DNA from: Phormidesmis sp.
GTDB lineage: Bacteria; Cyanobacteriota; Cyanobacteriia; Leptolyngbyales; Leptolyngbyaceae
NCBI GenBank assembly: GCA_965248535.1
Contig: CBDFJR010000002.1
Span: 352,001 to 416,000 of the forward strand
Direction of reading: 5' to 3'
DNA: 64,000 bases
Under the pieces are notes generated by a model. That model was not told where the DNA came from. It saw only the letters and a program-made list of their open reading frames with translations, and did not search any database. The position numbers and the translations under genes are program-made. Each line of letters opens with the position of its first letter. Position 1 is the first letter of the stretch. Of the stretch, positions 42,983 through 53,317 are shown one piece after another.

Positions 42983-43134
42983 CTACTTAAATTTTGTCAT
43001 CTAAAACTTCTGAGAGTCACTCATGTGATCAGCTTTCTCAATAGATTAGAGATCCTCACCTCGATTAGCAAGCGATTAAGATAATTAATGGACACCCTGC
43101 TATTAGTCAAGCTTTGAGAATTGGAGACGAGACT

Positions 43135-43326
43135 ATGGAGATCAACTGTGCTGAAGCCTGCAAAAATGGCTGCGTTTTGGGAGACAAATGTCCCAATCTA
43201 GAATATAAAGATCAGACCTCTAAGTTTATTCAAGAAACCTCACTAGATCAGATGATTGCCATGGCAGAAGCGGCCGCCCGCAAAAAGATGACGGCTCCCC
43301 CGCAGTGGATCTTGCCCGAAGATTAA
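43135..43326 (+). CDS. Small Cys-rich conserved protein
   Basis: MEINCAEACKNGCVLGDKCPN...FI.ETSLDQM..MAE.A.RKK...PPQW. Confidence 0.75.
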   Translation: MEINCAEACKNGCVLGDKCPNLEYKDQTSKFIQETSLDQMIAMAEAAARKKMTAPPQWILPED

Positions 43327-43330
43327 ACTT

Positions 43331-43366
43331 AGACCTCCGAGTTTTCTAATTAAAACTCGGAGGTCT
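43331..43366. repeat. REP-like palindrome, possibly a terminator between convergent genes
   Basis: agacctccgagtttt-N6-aaaactcggaggtct, 15-bp perfect stem; same family as 1595-1658. Confidence 0.75.
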
Positions 43367-43368
43367 GT

Positions 43369-44079
43369 TTATTGGATCGGCACTCCTCGAAAAGGAACTG
43401 TCTCAGGAATTTGCAAATCCATGCGGTTCAGCCCTTGGGGGACTCGCAGCATCACCGTCACGTCTACCGAGCTACCCGGACGCAGGTTGTAGAGCGAAAC
43501 CGTGCTGCCATCGGGAGTACGGGAGTCGATCGCCGGATATCGCTCATTGGTTCGGGTGTTGATGGCTACGATTTGAGCCAGATTAATATCGCCCAATCCG
43601 CGCACCTGCTCACGCACTCGCTGAACCCGCATCTTCAGGTTGACAATGTTTGCATTGCTGGCTCCACTGCCTCGATCGGCAGACAGCAACTCAATTTGCC
43701 CGGCTCCACTATAGGCAGGCTCGACAAAACGTCCTGGCTGAATGCGTTGCGCGATCGGGGGCAAGTTGCCCGGCAGAGCCAAGGATTTTGGGATAGCTTG
43801 AGAACTTGAACTAGCCTTAGGCGCAACCGTTGTAGCGGGCTGACGATTGGCTGCCTGCAAAACTGCCTCAGTATCGCGATGGGTTCTCACGGCTTGAACC
43901 ACGGCAATGCTGCTGAAGAAAAATGACACGATCGAGAGCAGGAGGGCCAGCCCGGTGGCTGTGTCGGTTGCCACGCTGGTGCTGTTCCCGGCTTTTTCTC
44001 TGACGACAGGACGACGCAAACGCTGGTCAATATCTTGCTCTTGAAACTTGGGTCGCTCAAGGTTTCGTTCTTGCACCAT
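43369..44079 (-). CDS. Hypothetical single-TM protein
   Basis: 236-aa ORF with one TM and a beta-rich C-terminal domain. Confidence 0.7.
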   Translation of the reverse strand: MVQERNLERPKFQEQDIDQRLRRPVVREKAGNSTSVATDTATGLALLLSIVSFFFSSIAVVQAVRTHRDTEAVLQAANRQPATTVAPKASSSSQAIPKSLALPGNLPPIAQRIQPGRFVEPAYSGAGQIELLSADRGSGASNANIVNLKMRVQRVREQVRGLGDINLAQIVAINTRTNERYPAIDSRTPDGSTVSLYNLRPGSSVDVTVMLRVPQGLNRMDLQIPETVPFRGVPIQ

Positions 44080-44227
44080 GATGATTACCCCGAAGTACTC
44101 TATGCGCTTAACTGTAGAAGAAGCACCCCCGGTTTGCTCCTCCCTAAAGGGGGATCTTTAGCGAGGGGTCTCATCCCTTGGTCATGGGTAACTCAGAATG
44201 TTGGACGGTATAGAGTGACTTCTCTGC

Positions 44228-46795
44228 CTACACCGAAGCCTGCTGTCGCTGATAGAGCGACCAATAGAGACCCTTCGATCGCAGCAACTCGTCATGAGTG
44301 CCTTTCTCAGCAATCACCCCTTTTTCCATAACCAGAATCAGATCGGCGCGTTTGAGGGGCGCAAATCGGTGAGCGATCAGAAACACGGTTTTGCTTTCGG
44401 CCAGCTTTTGCAGATTTTGCAGAACTTGCTGCTCGGTTTCACTGTCTAAAGCGCTCGTCGCTTCGTCGAGAACCAGCATCGGCGCATCAGAGAGAAAGAG
44501 TCTCGCTAAAGCGACTCGCTGCCGCTGTCCGCCCGACAGGGCTGTGCCGCGCTCACCCACACTCGTCTCATAGCCGCGAGGCAGTTCGCTAATGAAATCG
44601 TGAGCAACCGCCAAACGAGCCGCTTCGACCACCTGTTCTGCACTCACATCGGGGCGACCCAGACTAATATTTTCTAAAACACTGCCGTTGAAGAGAAAGT
44701 CTTCTTGCAGCACCACAGCCATTTGGCTGCGAAGGGAGTGCAAATCGGCACTCTTGATATCAAAGCCATCAATGAGAATGCGTCCTGATTCGGGTTGATA
44801 GAGTCGCTGCAACAGCTTAGACAGTGTGCTCTTACCGGAACCGCTGCGCCCGACTACGCCGATTAGCATTCCCGGCTCTGAGGTGAACGAGATGCCTTTG
44901 AGCACGGGTTCTTGCTGAGGGTTGTAGCGAAAGAAGACTTGATCAAACGTGGTTTGCCCCTTGAGCGGCGGCAACACTAAGCCCGATCCGGGTTCTGCTT
45001 CGGGGGCAACGTTGAGAATGTCACCAATGCGATCGACCGACAGCAACACCTGCTGCAAGTTTTGCCATAGCTGCACGAGGCGAAGCAAAGGCCCCGTCAC
45101 CCGCCCCGACAGCATTTGAAACGCCACTAGCTGACCCACGGTTAATTCTTGTTTAATCACCAAGTGAGCACCAAACCACAAGATCAGCAAATAAGAAAAG
45201 TTGGTGAGAAAGTCTCCTAGATTGTTGCTGATGTTGGAAGTCGTAGACGCTTTAAAGCTGGTGCGAATGTAGCGAGCGAAGAGACCTTCCCAGCGATCGC
45301 GTGATGCTTTTTCCGCCGAGTGCGCCTTAACTGAGTGAATTCCGGTAATCGTCTCGACTAAGAAAGACTGACTATCGGCACTGCGGTTGAAGGTCTCATT
45401 CAGCCAGTTTCGCAAAATCGGTGTGGTGGTCAACGTCAAAATCGCATATAGCGGCAAGACGGCTAACGCAACTCCGGTCAGCGGAACGCTGTAGAAAAAC
45501 ATCAGCGCTAAATAAACCACCGCAAAGAAGCTATCTAGAATCACCGTCAGCGCCGTTCCGGTCAAGAATTGGCGAATATTTTCCAACTCCTGGACTCGGG
45601 CCACGGTATCGCCGACTCGTCTCGCCTCAAAATAAGCCAACGGCAGCCGCATCAAGTGACGGAAAAGCTGCGCCGATAGACTCAGATCCAGTCGTCGCGC
45701 CGTGTGGGTGAAGATGAACAGCCGCAGAATTCCTAAAACGGCTTCAAAAAGGGCGATCGAGAGCAGCGCGATCGCCATTACATCCAGCGTCGGAATGCTG
45801 CCCTGCACCATCACTTTGTCGATCACCACCTGGGTGATCAGCGGCGTGCCCAACCCCAAAAGCTGGAGGGTAAAGGAGGCAAACAGCACCTCCCCCAGCA
45901 AACCTTTATAGCGCCAGATTGCAGGCAAAAACCAGCTTAGATTAAACCGTTCCTGCTTTTGGATCGGCTCAATCTGCCAAAACTGACCATCCCAATGCTG
46001 TTGGACGATCGATCGGTGAATCGCTTCACAGTTCATCGTCGGATTGATCGGGTCGGCAATGACTAAGCGATCGCCGCGCACCCCATAGATCACCACCCAA
46101 TGGGGTTCCACCTGCACCGAAACTGACCCGTTTCGTGCCCCTGACTCTTGACTTCTGCCCCACAAAATCATTGCCGGAAAATTGAGCAGCCGCAGACTTT
46201 GCCAACTGGTTTCAATCCGTCGGAGTTGCAGCCCCAATTTTTCAGCCGCATCTACAACATTGCTCGGACGCTGCCCGCGAAGCTGACGCTGCACCCAATC
46301 CATCTGAGCCGGATTTTGTAAATGGTTAGACACCATCGTCAGGCAGGCGGCGGCGGTGTTCATGCCCGACACAAACGGGAAGCCCTCAACCGATCGGGCC
46401 GAGTTATCGCTCTCTGGCTGATATCGAGTCCGTTGAATGGCCCAAAAGCGATCGATATCCGTTGAAGACAGCGACGACCAGTGAGTGGCTGTCCACTGCA
46501 CAATTTGCACATCGTTGCTAGCGGCCCTCGCCTTCCAGCCCGGCAGGTCGAGTAGGTCGCCCACCCACTCACCGGGTTTTAAGAGCAGCGATCGTCCGTC
46601 ATCGGCGACTAGACGCACCTTACCCACGAGCACGATAATCTGCACATTAGGCGTTTCGTCTGACCAGAGCAATTCTCCAAGCTTGCAGCGCCGAATTTCA
46701 GCTTTCGTCTTAAATTGAATCTGCTGTTCTGGACTCAGAAACGAGAGGGGCGGTGACTCCCAGGGCAGGTTTGCAGCAACGTCATTGGTAATCAT
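44228..46795 (-). CDS. Type I secretion ABC transporter (HlyB-like; cNMP-like, C39-like, TM and NBD domains)
   Basis: GRSGSGKST, LSGGQRQR, LDEATSALD, RRVGDTVARV.ELE.IRQFLTG. Confidence 0.93.
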   Translation of the reverse strand: MITNDVAANLPWESPPLSFLSPEQQIQFKTKAEIRRCKLGELLWSDETPNVQIIVLVGKVRLVADDGRSLLLKPGEWVGDLLDLPGWKARAASNDVQIVQWTATHWSSLSSTDIDRFWAIQRTRYQPESDNSARSVEGFPFVSGMNTAAACLTMVSNHLQNPAQMDWVQRQLRGQRPSNVVDAAEKLGLQLRRIETSWQSLRLLNFPAMILWGRSQESGARNGSVSVQVEPHWVVIYGVRGDRLVIADPINPTMNCEAIHRSIVQQHWDGQFWQIEPIQKQERFNLSWFLPAIWRYKGLLGEVLFASFTLQLLGLGTPLITQVVIDKVMVQGSIPTLDVMAIALLSIALFEAVLGILRLFIFTHTARRLDLSLSAQLFRHLMRLPLAYFEARRVGDTVARVQELENIRQFLTGTALTVILDSFFAVVYLALMFFYSVPLTGVALAVLPLYAILTLTTTPILRNWLNETFNRSADSQSFLVETITGIHSVKAHSAEKASRDRWEGLFARYIRTSFKASTTSNISNNLGDFLTNFSYLLILWFGAHLVIKQELTVGQLVAFQMLSGRVTGPLLRLVQLWQNLQQVLLSVDRIGDILNVAPEAEPGSGLVLPPLKGQTTFDQVFFRYNPQQEPVLKGISFTSEPGMLIGVVGRSGSGKSTLSKLLQRLYQPESGRILIDGFDIKSADLHSLRSQMAVVLQEDFLFNGSVLENISLGRPDVSAEQVVEAARLAVAHDFISELPRGYETSVGERGTALSGGQRQRVALARLFLSDAPMLVLDEATSALDSETEQQVLQNLQKLAESKTVFLIAHRFAPLKRADLILVMEKGVIAEKGTHDELLRSKGLYWSLYQRQQASV

Positions 46796-46844
46796 GGGGC
46801 TTTTGTCTTAGGACTGAATGGGGGTTAACAGCGATTCTCAAGAC

Positions 46845-47603
46845 CTACTCTACCTGAAGCTTCACGGTCATTTTTTGAATCTTTTCGGCTAGCCAGCGCT
46901 CAAATAGCTCAGTCTGCAAGGTCTGCCGCAACTGCTGATTGTCAAGCGTCGCCGGAATCACTTGCTCAACTCTAAACAAGGCCCACCGTTGCTCAACCTC
47001 GATCGGGCCCACCAGATCGCCCGGTTCGGCAGAGTCGATCGCTGATCGAATTAAATCGGGCATCGTGCCGCGACTCACCGGGCCCATCATGCCATTTGAG
47101 ATGCGATCGTCGGCGATCGAGTGTTCTTGGGCCAGTTCTTCAAAGCTCGTCCCTTCTTGAATCTGAATTTTTAACTCATCGGCTAGCTCTTGATTTTCGA
47201 CAATAATGCGAGAAAGCACGACGCGATCGAGAAACACCTTACGCTCTATGAAATATTCTTGCAGTTTTGCGTCGGCAATCACGCTTTTAAGTTTTTCAAC
47301 TTTAAAGTTTGAATTAATTTGACTATGAAAGGTGGAATAGTCTGACCCGTTGCGATTCAGCCATTCTTGAAAAACCTTCGGGTCAGTCAACTGCTGCTGA
47401 AGCCGAAAGTCAATCACCGCCTGCTCGATCACCGCAGAGTTAACCTCTAGATCTTCTCGATTGGCAATTTCCTGGTCCAACACATATTGCCGTAAGATAT
47501 CGCCCAAAAACCCTTGCAGTTTTCCGGCGGTCTGAAGATATTTCAGACAGTCTCTTAATGAAATGGATTGCTCGTCAACGGTGAGAAAAGCTTTAGCGTC
47601 CAT
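46845..47603 (-). CDS. PpiC-type peptidyl-prolyl isomerase (T1SS-associated)
   Basis: SFEELAQEHS, GMMGPVSRG, G..VGPI; co-oriented upstream of the ABC transporter. Confidence 0.85.
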   Translation of the reverse strand: MDAKAFLTVDEQSISLRDCLKYLQTAGKLQGFLGDILRQYVLDQEIANREDLEVNSAVIEQAVIDFRLQQQLTDPKVFQEWLNRNGSDYSTFHSQINSNFKVEKLKSVIADAKLQEYFIERKVFLDRVVLSRIIVENQELADELKIQIQEGTSFEELAQEHSIADDRISNGMMGPVSRGTMPDLIRSAIDSAEPGDLVGPIEVEQRWALFRVEQVIPATLDNQQLRQTLQTELFERWLAEKIQKMTVKLQVE

Positions 47604-47999
47604 GAATTTGTTTGATTACCCAGTGTCCAAGTTTGATGTTAGCGTGCCCAAGACTACAGTGCTTTCGACCAGTGCTTTACGAAATGTCTCAGAGATTTAA
47701 CGTAGGCTACCGTGATTAAACCTGAAGCTCTCAGATTCTCGACTCCGCAATTTCAACCAAATAATCCAAAAACCAGCAAAATCTCTATGATTTTCCCTAA
47801 GCACTGACGTAACACCACGCTGTGTGGGCTACAAATGCAGGATCTTCATAAACCTGAAACTGAGTAAAAGATTAGAGAGTGCGATCGTTCTCGTAACGCT
47901 TTGACTTAAATCGTAAATAGATCTGAACTCCGACCGGGGAACCGGGGTTTTATGGCATGATCGGTGGGTAACTATCTGCGATCAACAGGAAAATCGGTT

Positions 48000-48635
48000 A
48001 TGGCTCTCCGACTAGGCGACACAGTTCCCAATTTCACCCAAGAATCTTCTGAAGGCACTATCAATTTCTATGATTGGGCTGGCGATAGTTGGGTGATCTT
48101 GTTTTCACACCCTAAAGATTTTACGCCCGTCTGCACCACTGAGTTAGGCACCGTTGCAAAACTCAAGCCTGAGTTTGACAAGCGCAACGTCAAAGCTCTC
48201 GCCCTCAGCGTCGATGATGTCACTTCACACATGGGCTGGATTGGCGACATCGAAGAAACCCAAGGCACCAAACTCAATTATCCGATTTTGGCTGATCCAG
48301 ACCGGAAGGTATCAGATCTATATGACATGATCCACCCCAACGCCAACAATACGCTGACGGTGCGATCGGTGTTTGTGATCGATCCCCAAAGAAAACTGCG
48401 CCTCACCTTCACCTACCCGGCTAGCACAGGGCGCAACTTTGATGAGATTTTGCGTGTGATTGACTCCCTGCAACTCACCGACAATCACAGCGTCGCCACG
48501 CCCGCTAACTGGACAGATGGCGGCGATTGTGTCGTCGTGCCTTCGATCTCGACGGAAGATGCCAAGCAAAAATTCCCCAAAGGCATAACCGAACTCAAGC
48601 CCTATCTACGGATGACTCCTCAACCCAACAAATAA
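48000..48635 (+). CDS. 1-Cys peroxiredoxin
   Basis: FSHPKDFTPVCTTELG, YPASTGRNFDEILRVIDSLQLT, KPYLR. Confidence 0.95.
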   Translation: MALRLGDTVPNFTQESSEGTINFYDWAGDSWVILFSHPKDFTPVCTTELGTVAKLKPEFDKRNVKALALSVDDVTSHMGWIGDIEETQGTKLNYPILADPDRKVSDLYDMIHPNANNTLTVRSVFVIDPQRKLRLTFTYPASTGRNFDEILRVIDSLQLTDNHSVATPANWTDGGDCVVVPSISTEDAKQKFPKGITELKPYLRMTPQPNK

Positions 48636-48692
48636 GGGTGACAGAGATCCTAAATTAGTCAATAGGGGTGGGTTTTGACCTGCCCTTATTTT

Positions 48693-49391
48693 TTAGGCGA
48701 TTTCGTCGGGGTTGACACCGAGCGATCGCAGTCGTTCTTTTAGCTGCTCAACCTGCTGTTCTGCTTGCTTTACCTGTTCTTCTGCTTCCTGTCGGGCCTG
48801 AGTTTCAGACCGGAGTGCCTGGGCAAGCTCACTGGGAATCAGCAGCTTTTCGCCTGTGTCTTCTCGATAAAAAGCAATCAGATGTCCATCGATTTCTAAT
48901 CGCAGCTTGAGCGGCTCGCTTAGCCCATCTGTAATTGGCTCATATTCATTTCGATGCAGCCGATAGCCCTTTAGTTTTTCTTCAATCCATTCACCTTTGG
49001 GGTCAAATAGCCAATATTCCGTCACACCTAACTGCTCATACAGCGTGCGCTTGAATCCTTGGTCTTGGTTTTTGGTTCCGGCTGAGGTCATCTCAAAAAT
49101 CACAGACGGAACTTGCCCCTCTTCCCAGGTTTTATAGTTGTCTCGTCCGCCGGGGGCAACATCAAAAATCACCATGACATCAGGAGCCACTCTCAACCTT
49201 GGATAACCCTGCGAATAGTAGAGAAACTGATTGCTTAAAACAGTCGCCTGCTGGCCCGCTAAATATTGAGTCAATACTTCTAGCGTCACCAAAATTGCAT
49301 ACAAGTGAAGATAAGATTCTGCCAAGGGTTCACCGTCAGAGCTTGGATAAAAAATTTCAGTCGTTTGCGCGATCGGGGAGAGACTGGTCAT
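48693..49391 (-). CDS. Uma2/DUF820 family endonuclease-like protein
   Basis: YPSSDGEP.AES..H, APDV, FEMTS, YEQLGV.EYWLFDP, coiled-coil tail. Confidence 0.9.
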   Translation of the reverse strand: MTSLSPIAQTTEIFYPSSDGEPLAESYLHLYAILVTLEVLTQYLAGQQATVLSNQFLYYSQGYPRLRVAPDVMVIFDVAPGGRDNYKTWEEGQVPSVIFEMTSAGTKNQDQGFKRTLYEQLGVTEYWLFDPKGEWIEEKLKGYRLHRNEYEPITDGLSEPLKLRLEIDGHLIAFYREDTGEKLLIPSELAQALRSETQARQEAEEQVKQAEQQVEQLKERLRSLGVNPDEIA

Positions 49392-49559
49392 AGGGGAAGT
49401 ATGGCTAGGTAATCTCTAGTTTACCGTGATGCGATCGACCCCTAGATTCAAGAGTCAGACTAGCTAAAAAGCAAAGGGCTGATAGTCCTAAACTAAAAAG
49501 CAGGATCTTAGCCGCCGTCAGCCAAAATCGTTATAGAGAAACACGCAGGTAAATAAAGC

Positions 49560-50537
49560 ATGGATATTAAAACTGGATTTGTCGGCAGCGTTGGCAACAC
49601 TCCCCTGATCCGGATCAATAGTTTTAGCGACGAAACGGGCTGTGAGATTCTCGGTAAGGCAGAGTTTCTCAATCCGGGTGGGTCGGTGAAAGATCGCGCT
49701 GCTCTCTACATCATTGAAGATGCCGAAAAGAAAGGACTGCTCAAACCCGGCGGCACCGTTGTAGAGGGCACCGCAGGCAACACAGGCATCGGACTGGCTC
49801 ACATCTGCAACGCTAAGGGCTATAAATGTCTGATCATTATTCCTGAGACCCAATCTCAAGAAAAAATCGACCTATTGCGAACCCTAGGGGCAGAAGTACG
49901 AACCGTTCCAGCCGTTCCTTATAAAGACCCCAACAATTACGTCAAACTATCGGGCAGAATCGCCGCCGAGATGGAAAACGCGATCTGGGCAAACCAGTTT
50001 GAAAACTTGGCCAACCGCATTGCTCACTATGAAACCACAGGGCCCGAAATCTGGGCTCAAACCGACGGCAAGGTCGATGTTTGGGTTGCCTCAACGGGAA
50101 CAGGTGGCACCTATGCCGGAGTTGCCATGTTTTTGAAAGAAAAAAATCCTGATATTCAGTGCATTCTGGCAGACCCGATGGGCAGCGGGTTGTATAGCTA
50201 TGTCAAAACGGGTGAGGTGCATTCTGAGGGCAGCTCGATCACGGAGGGCATCGGCAACAGCCGCGTCACCGGAAACATGGCAGGTGCGCCCATAGACGAT
50301 GCGATTCGGGTCGATGACCAAGAAGCGGTGCGGGTGGTCTATCAGCTATTAGAAAAAGATGGGCTATTTATGGGCGGCTCAGTCGGAATCAATGTCGGCG
50401 CGGCGATCGCTCTTGCCAAAAAACTGGGAGCAGGACATACGATCGTCACCATTCTCTGCGATGGCGGCAGTCGCTATCAGTCCAAATTATTCAATCGCGA
50501 GTGGTTAGCGGCTAAAGGACTCTTACCCAAGGCCTAA
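49560..50537 (+). CDS. cysK: Cysteine synthase family (PLP) enzyme
   Basis: GNTPL, KAEFLNPGGSVKDR, EGTAGNTG, GTGGT, TEGIG. Confidence 0.88.
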   Translation: MDIKTGFVGSVGNTPLIRINSFSDETGCEILGKAEFLNPGGSVKDRAALYIIEDAEKKGLLKPGGTVVEGTAGNTGIGLAHICNAKGYKCLIIIPETQSQEKIDLLRTLGAEVRTVPAVPYKDPNNYVKLSGRIAAEMENAIWANQFENLANRIAHYETTGPEIWAQTDGKVDVWVASTGTGGTYAGVAMFLKEKNPDIQCILADPMGSGLYSYVKTGEVHSEGSSITEGIGNSRVTGNMAGAPIDDAIRVDDQEAVRVVYQLLEKDGLFMGGSVGINVGAAIALAKKLGAGHTIVTILCDGGSRYQSKLFNREWLAAKGLLPKA

Positions 50538-50560
50538 AATCGATCTGTCAAACTAGAAAG

Positions 50561-50931
50561 ATGGAACTCATTGACCCATCTGCTGAATTTGTGATCGCTT
50601 CTAGGTGCGTGCGGGTTTGCCAAAGCAAGTCTTGCTGCAAACTGGGAGCCACTAAAGTCTTGACTGCTTTTCAAGCCCATCAGGTTGCTGGGGTGGAAAT
50701 TGTAGGGTGCGGTTGTCTGGGTCAGTGTGGCAATGGCCCGATGGTGGTGATTTCGCCTGATCAGGTTTGGTATAGTCGGGTGCGATCGGAAGAAGTGAGA
50801 GCGATCGTCACTCGGCACCTTCAAAACGGACAGCCGATCAAAGCCATGCTCATTCTTCAAAACGGATATGACGGCACATAATGGGACAGCCGATCAAAGC
50901 CATGCTCTACTCAAAATTTCACCCTGTGTAG
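50561..50931 (+). CDS. Thioredoxin-like (2Fe-2S) ferredoxin; C-terminus interrupted by a 56-nt insertion
   Basis: VCQ..SC...GA, CLGQCG.GPMV; the natural ending MLYSKFHPV* follows the duplicated segment. Confidence 0.8.
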
Positions 50932-51945
50932 AATTGAGGTTTGTTTCTCTCGCGTCACAAAGGGCAGGTCAATCAATTCGGTTTGAGCATTCTCAATCGT
51001 AACGGGCATTCCGGCGGCGGCGTTGGCCTTGGTGCGAATGTAGACTATCAGCCCGATCGCGCCTATTGCTCCTCCGTTTCTAATCAATGCTCGTTAGTTT
51101 GCCGACCTAGAATTCTCGACCTTCTCGTCTGCGATCGTGACCACGCTTCCCAACTCTGCAAGAGCATTTAATCGAACTCCCCAAAGCTGTTGCTTGACTC
51201 CGCTATAAGTGTCGAGACGAGCGATCGTTTCTTGCCCGATATAGCAGCCTTTGTTAAACGAGATGGTGTTCCACAGTCCAGCTTCTAACGGATTGTAATC
51301 CTCCGTCAGTTCGTGACCCGGCATCGGGCGACCTTGCTGAATGCGGAGTTGCTCCCAAGAGCGATCGCCGATCGGCACCGCTCCAGCGTCGATTAAAGAT
51401 TGTTGGAGGGCATCGGCTCGATCAGCGTCAACAATCAGTGTGTAACCTTCTGTCGCTAAACCACTGCCGATCGCCACTCGCACTTCTTGCCCATCTAGGT
51501 TAAATAAACGATGACTGGCGTAAGGCTGACCGATCATCTCGGCGGCACCCAGCTTTTCTAGAAACGCATGACTGCCGGAACCGATCAAGCTAAAGGTCGC
51601 CGTTTGAGCGGTGACATCCTCTAATTTCACTTTGTCTGCGAAGAAGATGTAGCGATCGAGAAACGTCATGAGTTTCTCGGTCAGATGGGGTGACACCAAC
51701 AGCAAAACCGAGTCTTCTAAAACGTAAGCCGTTGCGAGGTCGATCGTTCGTGCCGTCGAAGTGACAAACACCGTGTCACAGCCATCACCCGGCTTGAGAC
51801 TCTTAAAATCATTAGTGCTTTGGTTGTGCAAAAACCGAATTCGGTCAGCGTCAGAGACTTTAATGCGCCCCCAATGAGCACGATCGTAGAGTGCCACGCC
51901 CAACTTTGCAGCTTCTAGGGCTGCGGTGTCATTCTCAAAGTTCAT
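50920..51945 (-). CDS. ygfZ: Folate-binding protein YgfZ (3' end disrupted by indels; end approximate)
   Basis: FLHNQSTND, KGCYIGQET motif; GKLTS and YIRTKA continue in other frames past ~51115. Confidence 0.88.
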
Positions 51946-52450
51946 CTGATTCACTGGGCAGAGTTGCAAAGATCTGTTCGATTAGCTGGTTCGTCTTATC
52001 GTCGAGCCGATTCCAGTCTACATCGCCCGTTTCATCAATGAGACTCAGATCAACCTCGACCCGCTGAGAAGTGGGTTCTCCCTGTCTAAAGCAAACTTTG
52101 TAGCATAGTTCCCACAGGTCAATCACAACTTGGCGATCGCCGTTCTCTAAACACAATTCATAGCCTGGATGCGGCGATGGCAGATGAGAGAGCGTTTGCT
52201 GAATCTCAGTCGCTTGGCTAGCCGTTGCCGTTTGAAGCTGTTCTTGCAGTCGCGTCACCGTGGCTTTGATCTCTTCGGGTGTGTCGTCATCCCAGATTGG
52301 CACGTCTCGATAGGTGCCTTTCCAGGACGATTGATCTAGCTGCTTACGAAGGTTGTCAATGACCCGAATAAACGCGGGCTGCATCAAGATTTCGGCTCGT
52401 TGCCACTCCTCGATCGTGGCAAATTTAGGTTTCATCACGTTACTCTGCAC
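51935..52450 (-). CDS. Conserved hypothetical protein
   Basis: LMQPAFIRVIDNLRKQL..S.WKGTY, LP.P.PGY.LCL, DLWELCY.VCF, G.VDW..LD.K. Confidence 0.75.
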   Translation of the reverse strand: MQSNVMKPKFATIEEWQRAEILMQPAFIRVIDNLRKQLDQSSWKGTYRDVPIWDDDTPEEIKATVTRLQEQLQTATASQATEIQQTLSHLPSPHPGYELCLENGDRQVVIDLWELCYKVCFRQGEPTSQRVEVDLSLIDETGDVDWNRLDDKTNQLIEQIFATLPSESDEL

Positions 52451-52456
52451 TCCTTT

Positions 52457-53179
52457 CTATCTTTGCAGTTGCGGCCCTGCCCAAACGCTGTTGGTCACCT
52501 GTCCGTGGGTTTTTGAGCGATCGTCCATCGCTTCTAGCGTTTCGCTCTCCATGTCCACCGTCCAGAGTTTCCAGGGCGTTTCCCCTAAGTTACCTGCGCT
52601 AAAGAGCACCCGATCGCTCTGCGCTTCACTCCAGCCCAACAAAATTGCGTTGGTATACTCAATTTTAGTCGGCGCAACGGTGCTAGAGCGATTTGATGTG
52701 CGATCCCAGATCAGCCCATAGTCAGAGGCGATGTCTGAACAGAAAATCGACTCAAACTCTCTCGCCAGCAGCCGATCGCCCGTAGCTGACCACGAGACGG
52801 GGATGACGATCGAGATCGTTCCCGCCAGTCCAGCACTGTTGCCAATAAATGGATTTTCTGCAAACGGAGAAGTCGCCGTAATCACCTGCAAGTCACCTGT
52901 TTGCAGATTTTCTAAAAACAAAACGCTGCTAACGCGGCTTTGATAAACCTCTGGCTCTACCTGCATCTGAATCCGACTATAGGCTTTGTAGTGACCATCG
53001 GGTGAAGTCAGCGCATGACTGCGATAATAATGCTGATTGGGTTTGCCCTCTGCCAAAGTTGCCATTACCCAACTCCACGGCACCGGATGAGGACTGTTTA
53101 ATGGATCGAGTTGCACGGATTGAGAGGTCATAGAGAGTCCCCCACTTTTAGAGTCGCGTTGGGTGATGAATAGCTTCAC
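52457..53179 (-). CDS. Conserved hypothetical protein
   Basis: DPL.SPHP.PW.WV, SPDG...AYSRIQ, PVSWS..GDRLLAR.FE; start may be MTSQ. Confidence 0.72.
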   Translation of the reverse strand: MKLFITQRDSKSGGLSMTSQSVQLDPLNSPHPVPWSWVMATLAEGKPNQHYYRSHALTSPDGHYKAYSRIQMQVEPEVYQSRVSSVLFLENLQTGDLQVITATSPFAENPFIGNSAGLAGTISIVIPVSWSATGDRLLAREFESIFCSDIASDYGLIWDRTSNRSSTVAPTKIEYTNAILLGWSEAQSDRVLFSAGNLGETPWKLWTVDMESETLEAMDDRSKTHGQVTNSVWAGPQLQR

Positions 53180-53317
53180 ATTATGGACGGAAACCCGATC
53201 GCGGCGAGGTCAGTTTACAAGACTTCTTAAGATGACGAGCCGTTCAGCGATTTGAATGGAAAAGCCCGTTGAAGTCGTAATTTTAGTACAAACGCTTCAA
53301 AATGGGAATTTCTGGTG

